NCBI RefSeq assembly: GCF_964355755.1
Contig: NC_092680.1
Span: forward strand, 9,238,001 to 9,302,000
Origin: Antedon mediterranea
Lineage: Eukaryota > Animalia > Echinodermata
Length of the DNA: 64,000 nt
Reading direction: 5' to 3'
Below are positions 46,001 to 58,000 of this stretch, one piece after another. A program made the translations under genes and the position numbers. The notes under the pieces were generated by a model. That model saw nothing but the letters and a program-made list of their open reading frames with translations, was not told the origin of the DNA and searched no databases. How positions within the stretch are numbered: the first letter of the stretch is position 1; the number at the start of each line of letters is the position of its first letter.

Positions 46001-49000
46001 GCAGCCCACATACCAGGAGTGCTTAATGTTACTGCTGATTTTGAATCTCGAAGAGTGCATGTATTTATTTTATATTACTTTAGTTCCTATTATAATAGAA
46101 GTTTCTGCCCTATGAATATTCATTTATTCTGTTACTTTCTTATTTGCATTCTCATTTACATATTATTTGCCAAGTGTGCACAGTGTGCTGTTTCTCCTTT
46201 GTTTTCCTTTGTCCTAATTTTCTTTTGTTCTGTTCAGTTGTTGTTTGCCTGTGCAAGGGTACAGGTCTGTGCAAGTGCACAGCAGCCATTATTTTTCTTT
46301 TAGCAGCTCTAGCTCTACAGTTTATTATTTACACTTTATTACTATTGGATATCTCTGGGATTTTACTTTGTTTTGGAATTACTTTGCAAATGTTGACATT
46401 ATTGTGGATGGTGCATATTAAAGGAAGTACTTTAAACATTAATTTTACTCTTTTAATTTCTGTATGTTGTGAGAGCTGCGTACATTAAAACAAGGAATCA
46501 ACAGCAGCTGACCTAATTGGTAGATCCAATTAAAGTAAAAGAAAAATAATTATATAGTAATAATTATGGAGAAAAGAGAGAGAACGTTAACCGAGAAGGG
46601 TCTCGAATATAATCGTGATGTGAAGATTAGGGCCTTTACTAGTGAAAGGAGGCGGTTGCACAGACTTATAGACGCTGTGAGTGACGCCGTAGAACCAAAT
46701 GAGGGTATCATAAGTGACATGGTAGACCAGGAGATAATACTGCGTGAAGTATACTCAGAGCTCTGTCCACTTTTGAATGTTGTTGAAAGAGAAGAATACA
46801 CTAATATGTTGCAGTTGTCGCATAATGAAGTGACAAAAGATCTGCATCGACGAGGTCAAGTTGCCGAAGCTGAGAATCTAGGTGTAGATACATCTGGTAA
46901 TGTACAAGCTAGTGTGAAACCATGTCGTTCAGTAAAAAGTAATTCCTCTAGGCACTCAACACAACATTCTTCACATCACTCTCATTCATCAAGACATTCG
47001 TTTCGGAAGTCGAAACAGTCATCTAATGCTTCTTCTACTTCCCGGAGATCTTCGTCAAGTGCAAAAAGGGAACACTTAAGAATTCTCGAAGAAGCCAAAA
47101 GGGCAGAATTGAAAGCTGAATTAGAATTTAGTGGAATGGAACACAAACTTAAAGAACATAAACTTAAGGTTGAACGTGAAGCGGCAGAACATAAATTTAA
47201 GATGGAGGAGAAGATGTTAGAAATTGAGTTTGAAACTACTTTGATTGAGCAACAGAAGGAGTTAGCAAAGATGGAAGCTAGAATAGATGTCTTGCGTGAG
47301 GAGGATGTAGTGAGTGATGACTCACAGGCATTGCTAAGTGGCGATGACGATGATTACATTCCTCTTGGGTTGCAGAAATTTCTTGATGATCTACCAAAGG
47401 CGGTTGGTGAACCAACGGCAGTTGTGGCAAGATCTAAATCTGTTGCAGAATCGGCTCAATTTACTATTCCTTCCTCAAATGTATCTACAACCACGAGTGT
47501 GACTGTACGTACCTCTGCCACTTCTACTTATATTGCAAAGTCGGCAATAGACACTTCCACCCATATTATTTCCACTAACATTAACCAACCATTATCATTT
47601 GCAGATGTACGCAACACTACTGTTACCAAGGTCCCAAATATTAATGCTTCTAGTACAATGCCTGCAACTAACTTTAATATTAATTCAACAGCTTCTCAGG
47701 CGTACACAGTTCCTGCAAGTTCAATTTATGCTAATGTACCATCACTGTACGTTCCAATTTACACCTCTACCTACGTGCCTGTGTGTGCGACGTCAACTTA
47801 CGCTACAAGTGCGTCGTCAGTTGGTGTACCTGTGAATTACTTACCAGTTTGTACAGCGTCAGTGAGTATACAGCCCACGTCAAATTACGTTCCAATTTGT
47901 GCGTCGTCAGAAGTACCTAGTACTTACGTGCCATTTAGTGCAGCACCAATGACTTACCTTCCTGTTCCGGTGTGTGTGTCATCTGGCACTACACCTTCGA
48001 CGCATCTATATACTTCATCAATTAACACAACTTCTATATCATCATCTAAGAGTGTACCTGTAGTGTCTATTCAGTCGTCTACTGTAGGTGTGCCTGCAGC
48101 TGATGTGCGACCAGATCAAGTATCCATTTATGACACTAACATTTTACGTCAACTTACCGATTCATTTAAGCTACCGCCTGTTGTAGTGGAGAAATTTGAT
48201 GGAAACCCACTGAAGTTTCCTACGTGGGAAGCAGCATTCTCTTCCTTGATAGAATGTAAGGCGGTCTCAGTTAATGAAAAATTGTATCTGCTAAGACAAC
48301 ATCTGGATGGTAAACCAAAAAGTTTGGTGGAGAACTACTTGTTACTTGGAACGGAAAATGCGTACTTGAAGGCTAGGCAAGAGTTGCGCAATAGGTATGG
48401 TCACAGCTCCGTTTTAGCACAGGCATTCATGAAGAAGTTGGATTCCTGGCCCAAGATTAATGGAAGAGATCACGTAGGGTTACGCGACTTTTCTGACTAC
48501 ATAAATGAAATTGTAACTGCTCAGGCCACAATCCCAGATTTAGGCATACTTAACTACTCTGCGGAGAATTGCAAGATTCTTAATAAGTTGCCAGTTTACA
48601 TTGAGACCAAATGGAGAGGGATAGTGGCTTCGTGTCAAAAGAATCAAATAAGTCCATCCTTTGCGCAATTTGCTGTCTTTTTGACAAATAAGGCAGAAGA
48701 AGCTAATCTTCCTATGCTGGAAGCTACGAGACAGATGAAGGATTCTTCTCGTTATGCAAAGGAGGACCACAAACCAAGAAAATCCAGCCATTTGACTTTG
48801 AAAACAGATGTATCGACGGAAACTGAGAACATCAAAACAGACCAAAAGAAGAGTGAGGCACCTACTACATGTCCCTTTTGTAAGTCCTCGCATTCATTAG
48901 ACAAATGTGATTCCTTTAAGGTTCAGCCAGTGCATACAAAGAAGAAATTTATCTTTGCATCCAAATTATGCTTTAGGTGTGGTACTGGTGGTCATTTTGC

Positions 49001-52000
49001 AGCGCACTGCAAGACTGAGGTGAAATGCCATCACTGTAATAGCAAAGGACATATATCCTGTCTTCACTTCGACAAGCTAGCGAGTGTGGATGGCAAATGC
49101 ACTGTGGTATGCGGAGATGAAACCGTATGCAATGATAACTCTATGATTTTACCGGTATGGGTTAGAGGTAGAGGTAGTATATCCGAAAGACTGGTTTACT
49201 GTATCTTAGACTCACAAAGCAATACCTGCTTCATTAAAGAAGATATGGTTGGTAAACTGGGTGTGAAATCTCATCCCGCACAACTTAAACTTTCTACCAT
49301 GCATGCTTCATGTTCCTTAATAGATTGTATGAGGGTAGCTGATCTCGAAATAGTAAGCTTTGACAGGAAAGAAGTAATACCTCTACCAGCCGTCTACACG
49401 AGAGACAGCATACCAGCTAAAAGGTCGCAGATACCGACACCAGAGGTAGCGAGCAAGTGGGATCACCTAAAACAAATTGCTGATAAAATTGTTCCTCATA
49501 TGCAAGATGTTCCAGTTGCCTTGTTGATAGGAAATAATGTGCCCTGTGTACTACGACCTCGGAACATTATTGCTGGTGAAGAAAACCATCCATATGCTCA
49601 ACAATCTATACTTGGCTGGGGAATAATTGGCACCATTTGTAAACCGGAGGATGTTACGTCTCATCGTTTGGTCTCCTACATTACTAACACGGTTAAACAC
49701 AAAGAAATAATATTACCAATTCACATTAAAGAAATGATGGAAGTTGATTTTTCAGATAGAGGTGTTGGCGTTTCCATGTCAGTTGAAGAAAGACGGTTTC
49801 TGAATATCCTAAGTGATAATATTCGTCAGAGAAGTGACGGACATTACGAGATGCCATTACCACTCCGTTCACCAAATGTAAATCTTCCTGATAATAAACC
49901 ATTGGCTGTTAAACGATTCAACGGTCTGAGGAAACGATTTACAAAGCAACCAGAGTTCATGAGAGATTATTTAGGTTTCATGAAGGATGTACTGGCTGAT
50001 GTAGCGGAAGAAGTTCCTAAAGACACAAAGCCTGTTATCGGAAGAATAAACTATGTACCACACACGGGAATATATCACCCAAAAAAACCTGGTCAAATAA
50101 GAGTGGTATTTGATTGTTCTGCCATATATCAAGGTATATCATTGAATGAACGTTTGTTGCCCGGTCCGAACCAAATTAACAGTCTACTTGGAATTTTGCT
50201 GAGGTTTAGACAGGAGAACGTCGCAATAATGGCTGACATCAAGGGGATGTTTCATCAATTCTTTGTTGCTAATGCGGATAGAGATCTGCTGCGGTTCCTG
50301 TGGTTTAAAGACAATAATCCAAACAATGAAGTAATTGAATATAGAATGATGGTTCATCTGTTCGGAGCAACTAGCTCGCCAGGTTGCTCTAATTTTGGTT
50401 TGAAGAGAGCAGCTGAAGATGGCGAAAAATTCTATGGAAAAGAAGCAGCAAACTTCATAAAGAATGACTTCTACGTCGATGATGGTTTAAAGTCCCTGTC
50501 TACAGCTGATGAAGCAATAAGATTAATACAAAATAGTACAGGTATATGTGCTAAAGCCGGTTTGAGACTGCATAAATGGATCTCAAATGATAGGAAAGTT
50601 CTCAGCTGTATTCCAGAAGGACAACGAGGCAAGTCATTATATAACATCAATGTGAAGTCTGACACTCTACCTATTGAAAGAGTGTTAGGCGTATCGTGGT
50701 GCATCGAAAGTGATGAGTTCAAATTTAGGGTGCAACTAAATGATTATCTCCCTACCAGACGAAATGTTCTCAAGACCGTATGCTCCATTTACGATCCGTT
50801 AGGATTTATCGCTCCTGTCCTTATTGTTGCAAAGATGGTTCTGCAAAGTGTCTGTGCACAGAATCTTGATTGGGACGATCCTTTGGGTCCCGAAGAGCAG
50901 AGCAAATGGGAGAGATGGTGCGAAGACATTAAGAACTTAAATACACTAAGCATACCACGTTGTTATAAACCAATCAATTTTAAAGCAGTGACCGCAGAAT
51001 GTCATCATTTTTCAGATGCAAGTGAAGCTGCGTACGGTCAATGCTCGTACTTGCGATTAATTGATGGAGATGGGAAGGCAGCCGTCTCCTTTTTGCTTGG
51101 CAAGGCCAGGGTAACTCCTGCTAATAAGAAGATTACGATACCTCGCCTTGAGTTGAACGCAGCAGTGGTATCAGCTCGAGTCAGTCATATTCTGAAGAAT
51201 GAGATGGATATTAAAGTACCAATAAAGGATTACTTTTGGACCGATAGTAAAGTTGTACTAGGGTACATACAGAATGTAGCTACACGGTATCAAATGTTTG
51301 TTGGTAATCGAGTGCAACAAATTCATGACCAAACTGATGTTGATGATTGGCACTACATCAATTCTTTAGATAACCCAAGTGATGAGGCAAGCCGAGGGCT
51401 GACAACTCTCAAATTACTTACAACTTCAAAGTGGATCGGTGGACCGGATTTTCTGAAGCAGGATGGTGAATTAAAATGTTTGAGACAAAATGCCGTCGAC
51501 GAGGAAGCAACAAAACTTGTTTCCACAGAATTTAAACGCTCGTTTGCTGTCACAGCTGTAATTACAAGTAAGAATGATGTGATTGGTAGAATAATTAAGA
51601 AGTTCTCCAAATGGAAAATGGTAAAGATAGTGATTGCTCGACTTTTAAACCTTAAGACCAGATTAATTACTGCAGCAAAAATCAAACTTAAAACCTATGG
51701 CATCATGAACAAGTTATCTGGTGACTTCATACCGACTGTTGATGATTTGCAGGTAGCAGAGACAATAATCATTCGTTCTGTACAATGTGAACATTACTTA
51801 CCTGAATTTAATGTTTTGCAAAACTTTAAAGATGACTTACCGGACCGAGATGTGGCTAAAAGCAAGAAATTTGCACTCAAGAATTCCCGTTTGTGTAAAT
51901 TACATCCAATTCTAGATGAATCTGGAATTCTGAGAGTTGGCGGTCGAATACATTATTCGTCTATGCCTATGGAAATAAAACATCCTATAATCATACCAAA

Positions 52001-55000
52001 ATACTCACCTTTAATGACTCTTCTTGTTGATCACCACCACAAGAAAGTAAACCATATGGGCAGAAGTGCCACGTTAAACAGTCTAAGACAAGGTGGTTTC
52101 TGGTTGATTGGCGCAGTATCCGCTGTCTCACAATACTTACGAAAATGTGTGACATGTAGACGATCCAGAGGTCAACTAGGTGCCCAAAAAATGGCCGACT
52201 TACCTATTGATAGACTGTCGGAATCGCCCCCATTTACATATTGTGGAGTTGATTTATTTGGCCCATTTATTATCAAAGAGAGAAGGAGTCGAGTCAAGAG
52301 ATATGGTGTAATATTTACTTGTATGGCGTCTCGGGCTATACATCTTGAATCAGTCAACTCACTAGAAACAAATTCATTCATAAACGCCTTACGACGTTTC
52401 TTAAGCATAAGAGGTCCAGTATACCAGATGCGATCGGACCAGGGAACAAATTTTGTTGGGGCGATCAACGAGTTCTCTAAAGTGCAAAACTTTCTACGTG
52501 ACCAGCAATGTAGATGGATACTTAATGTTCCCTCAGCAAGTCACATGGGAGGCGTATGGGAACGTCAAATAAGGACTGTGCGCAGTGCGTTGACACCATT
52601 ATTGAATAGCTGTGGAGATCATCTGTGTGACGAAACTTTTCGCACATTTTTGTGTGAGGTACAGAGTATTTTAAATTCACGTCCGTTAACTGTAAACAAT
52701 CTTTCAGATCCTACAGCTCCAGAAGCACTCACACCGAATCACTTATTGACAATGAAGTCAAATATTCTGTTACCACCACCAGGCGAATTCCAGGCAAGTG
52801 ATATATATTGCTGAAGGAGATGGCGGCGGGTCCAGTTTATGGCCAATCAGTTTTGGCATCGGTGGCGTAACGAGTATCTCACCACTCTTCAAACCAGACA
52901 AACGTGGAACGTCACTAGAAGGAATTTTTGTGTAGGTGACATAGTTATCATCAAGGATGAAAATGCACCACGCAATGATTGGAAGCTTGGTCGAATTGTG
53001 GAAGTGATGAAGAGCAAGGATGATCTCGTAAGGAAGGTCAAACTTCGTCATCAGAGTGGTCATTACGAACGACCTATTCACAAGTTGATATTGTTAGTGG
53101 CTAGTGATTCTTGAAGTGGTCCAATCCCAGTCAGGGAGCCAACCGTTTGATGCGTATTGAGAAAATGGAATCAAGAAATTTGTTTATTTTCATATGAACG
53201 TTTTGCTTGGATATGCATTAGAACTTTTGAGTGTACTTTTATTTTATGTTTCAACAAGAACTTTTATATTTAATTTACAAGGACTTCAATGTTAATGTAA
53301 TTACTTTACGTCCTTGAGGGAGCCATGTTACTGCAGAGTGCATGTATTTATTTTATATTACTTTAGTTCCTATTATAATAGAAGTTTCTGCCCTATGAAT
53401 ATTCATTTATTCTGTTACTTTCTTATTTGCATTCTCATTTACATATTATTTGCCAAGTGTGCACAGTGTGCTGTTTCTCCTTTGTTTTCCTTTGTCCTAA
53501 TTTTCTTTTGTTCTGTTCAGTTGTTGTTTGCCTGTGCAAGGGTACAGGTCTGTGCAAGTGCACAGCAGCCATTATTTTTCTTTTAGCAGCTCTAGCTCTA
53601 CAGTTTATTATTTACACTTTATTACTATTGGATATCTCTGGGATTTTACTTTGTTTTGGAATTACTTTGCAAATGTTGACATTATTGTGGATGGTGCATA
53701 TTAAAGGAAGTACTTTAAACATTAATTTTACTCTTTTAATTTCTGTATGTTGTGAGAGCTGCGTACATTAAAACAAGGAATCAACAGCAGCTGACCTAAT
53801 TGGTAGATCCAATTAAACAGAATATAGATACAGAATGGATGCTAAATTCTAAAACCTTATGTGAGGTTCTAACGAAACTTAATGTTCTACCCACAATTGA
53901 TTTATTTGCATCAAGACTAAATAAACAATTTGATAAATACATCTCTTACAGGCAAGATCCATATGCAACAGATATTGATGCGTTTACAATATCATGGCAA
54001 AATATATTATTCTATTGCTTTCCCCCTTTTAATTGTGTTCTCAGGGTTATACAGAAAATAATACAAGACAAGGCGCAGGGAATTCTAGTAGTACCAGATT
54101 GGCCATCCCAATCGTGGTACCCCATGCTGCTGGGGATACTCGAGGAAGCAACACAAATTCAACCGGCACCAGACCTTCTGTTGATGCCAGCACAACCGGG
54201 ATTGATTCATCCTCTACACAAGAAACTACGACTGCTCATATGTCATGTATCAGGAGAAGCTTATTATCAAAGGGATTTACCTCAGGCACAATAGAGATCA
54301 TACTAGCATCGTGGCGAGCAGGAACAAAGGTTCAATATCAAACTATGGCTAACAGATGGTTTGAATTTTGTGAGAGAAAAAATTGTGACATTATTTCACC
54401 ACATGTGACATTACCACTTGAGTTTTTATCAGATATGTTTAATTCAGGTTTATCGTACAGTTCTATTAATACTGCTAGAAGTATGTTGTCTTCTCTTTTT
54501 GCTGTAGGTCAAGAGTATGCATCTTTTGGTCAATTACCTATTGTGAAACGCTTTATGAAGGGTATTTTTGAATTAAGACAATCTTTACCAAGGTACAGTT
54601 ATACATGGAATGTCAATGTTGCCCTAGATTACATCAGAGGGCAACCATCAATCAAAGAATCATCGCTGAAAGAAATATCACAAAGATTGGCGTTCTTATT
54701 GTGTCTTTTAAGTGGTCAAAGGTGCCAGACGATATTAAATCTCTCGATTGCAAATATGGAAAAGAGTGATCATAAAATTGTTTTCTATGTAACTGAAAAA
54801 TTAAAGCATACACGGGTTGGCTCACATCAAAAGCCATTGGAATTCAATGCGTTTCCATCTGACAAAAAATTATGCATTGTGTCTTTGTTGACAGAATATC
54901 TTTCACGTACAAGTGTTTTTCGCCAGGATAAGGCACAGCTACTGTTAAGTTACATTTCCCCACATAAGCCCATTTCAAAGGATACAGTGTCCCACTGGGT

Positions 55001-58000
55001 AAAGAAATTCATGTGTAATGCAGGTATAGATACAGTCCAATATAAGCCCCATAGTACCAGATCAGCCTCAGCTTCTCATCTTCTAAATAAAAATGTTGAC
55101 CTAAACAACATCATGAAGTCAGCTGGTTGGGCTAAGGAGGAAACTTTTCAGAAATATTATAATCGTATAGCACCTCCTACTTTTAATTATGGTACTGCAG
55201 TTCTTGAGTCATGCTCAAGCGAGAAATGAAGTGTTATTGAAACCATGTTTGCATTGTTTAAAGTTAATGTTTCTTATAGTTACTATCCAAAGGTATGTTT
55301 TACAGTGTTATTATACCTGAATGTTATTTTTCCTGTAAGCAGTGTATAATACAGGAAATACAGTGATTTCAGTTAATTATTTACAGACTAAAGTATCGTA
55401 CTACATAGTTTTGTGGTAATAAAGTGTTTTCTATTGAAAGAATGTAAACGACTTGAATGACTGTTAATTTGTTTATTAATCTGTTTTTCCACCGTTTTGC
55501 GAATACTGGCTCACTGTGCTCTAAAGTCTCGTACTACTCCGTAGCGACATAGGCTGATGACGAAATAGAATTGAAAATTAAACGAGACTTACCTGTAAGT
55601 TGAAGTTTAATTGTAATTCTATGAGTCATCAGCCGGGAGTGGAGGAGTTGTACGCCCTCCCTTACGTAGGTTGGCCCTGACCCAGACTCCTCCACTCTCC
55701 TCACTGAGCCTGTATTCTGCTCTAAAGACTGGCATACGCATGCGCGGTACTCTCTCTCGTACAACTCCTCCACTCCCGGCTGATGACTCATAGAATTACA
55801 ATTAAACTTCAACTTACAGGTAAGTCTCGTTTAATTTTCAATTATATGCATTGATTTAAATAAAGATAATTGATTTTAAAAAGATATGATTGATCGATTT
55901 TGTCAGAATCTTTAATTATTCATAATATATATGAAAGATAGGATCTCGGTAACGCAAATACAACAGCATGTGAAAAAATAAAATAGCCAACATAATATCT
56001 TCACCGAGTCTAATTGTATTGATTTGCATATTAAATGAAAGCCAATGAACCATTCTATATTTTGACACAAACATTTGCAGGGCTTACTATATTAAAAATT
56101 GGAGTATTTTGAGGTTAAAAATGACATTTTGAAATGAAAATGAAGCACGAGAAGTCGTCGGTGCTGTGCTTGATGACAATGGCTCGGATATTGATGTCGA
56201 TTACAATGTAGGCCTAGCTAGCTAGGCCTCTTCGAAAGAAATTGATGAAGGCCAAGGCAGGACGTGGACTCCTCTATGCTTAGGTCCAGTAGGTCAGTGC
56301 TAGGCTACTACTACTATATTAGCTAGCTTGGCCTAGACCTAGCTAGCTGTACAAATATTGCTAAACACCTTATAATAACATTATGATGAACATTTGTTTT
56401 ATTAATTTTTTTAAATTATCAATAGTTTATCAATATAAGTTATTTGCAAAATACTACCCTGTCAAAATGTTTGTTTATTCTCGCATTGATAAAAAATGAG
56501 CTGGCAAGTAGGAAATACCTCACTGACATGTACTGGCAGTACAGAACAATGGGCCAAAAAAAAATTCGGCATTCAATGGGTTAAAAAAGTTTTTAACATA
56601 GAAGGCTTACCTATCTGTTGGAAGTGCTGTCCACACAATACTATGCGATGTACCTGCTGATATCTGATGAACTGTTACTCCTTCTAAACCTACCACTTTC
56701 TTGGGACGTGTGATTGGACTGGTAGTGTGACTTTGTCCACATTGACCCATTGCGTTGTTACCCCATGCATATACTTCATTATCTATTAAAGAAATTATAT
56801 CACAAGATTAATAATAAACAAATAACCTATATAAAAATTATTCCCATATCATTTGATAGGAAGGTTTTGATTTTGGATTACAAAACAATTCTAATTTGCA
56901 TGCAAAGAATATGGTTGTACTTTGTGTTTGATTTGATACCAGATTGAGTACGACAGTTTTAGGTACAGCACCCCTATTAGGGAACAATTTAGTGGCTCCT
57001 GAATGTGTCCCTTTTATAGTGATTCTACTATAAGTTGCATACAATTAAAAGCAGACATACCATGGCTAAGAGCAAGACAATGGCTATCTCCCATTGATAT
57101 ATCAACGATCCTAATTGACTGGAGATCTTCAATGACCTTAGGTCTAAGGATAGTGATCTCTGATGATCCACACCCTAATGTTGCACCATGCCCCCACGCA
57201 TATACCTAAAAGATACAAAAATAATTAGAATAGTGTATACCAATCAGCAGTCGCAGAACTATTTTAAGGGGGTCACCCAAGATCCCTCAGAGGGCCGTAC
57301 CGGTAGATACTGAGTATTTGTGGCAAAGGAAATTTTGTTAAATGATACCCTTAGATGGCTGGAAATGGTACTCTTGCACGTAAAATTCATGGTAAATAGA
57401 AATGACACTCTATATCGGGCAACAATAGCAAACAGATTGTATCACGCCTGTTTTTCCGCCGGTCAATGCAATTATTATGGAGAAATCAACGACCTATATG
57501 ACGGGTTTTATCACGAACACAGTGTGTAGTTGCCTATCGTATCTTCTCACACACAAAAGCAATCCAAACAGTCAAGAAAAAAAAAATGCTGACCGCCGCC
57601 GAGAATTTTACAGTAGACGGAGGTATGCATTCTCGGAGTGCCTTCCTAGTTTTATATTGAATTGTATACATTAGGTTTTGACAAAAGGTCAAAATACAAA
57701 GCTCTATAAAATCAAATAATTTTTTTTCACATTTCCTGAGGGTTAACCTTTGATTTATGAGGTTAGATGTATAAACAGTATTAGGTTTAAGGGTATGTTC
57801 AGACTCAAGGAGTTACGGTGGAGTTATGTAAGCGGCGTACATATTTTTGTGTCTGAACCATGCCGCGGATTAGCGTTAGGGAGCTGTTACTCCGAGCCAG
57901 TGGGCGTTAATAACTCTAGTGGGAGAGGGTAGATTTCATAATCCAGTGATGCATCAGTGATTTTAACCTTAACCAATGAAAATACACGACCACGATTAGC

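Larger units (their letters stand above)
46052..53817 (+). mobile_element. BEL/Pao LTR retrotransposon nested in the DIRS element
   Basis: 483-bp direct repeats 7283 bp apart, a single gag-pol ORF, PPT GAGGGAGCCA before the 3' LTR. Confidence 0.96.
43117..55843 (+). mobile_element. DIRS1-type tyrosine-recombinase retrotransposon (~5.0 kb without the nested BEL insertion)
   Basis: Inverted terminal repeats, an internal complementary region, ATT at both junctions, and gag / RT-RH-MT / YR ORFs. Confidence 0.96.

Noticed and set aside
46052-46488. Hydrophobic ORFs (tail of the 573-aa ORF, 114-aa ORF, duplicated at 53314-53771) as membrane or env proteins
   Set aside because: They are translations of the T-rich LTR; the RT ORF simply reads through into the inserted LTR.
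46516-46545. TGGTAG as the BEL primer-binding site
   Set aside because: It lies inside the repeat shared by both LTRs; I could not identify a tRNA-complementary PBS after 46534.
54033-55229. Phage integrase plus Dam as prophage or bacterial contamination
   Set aside because: Both lie inside a DIRS ITR/ICR structure within an intron of a spliced animal gene.
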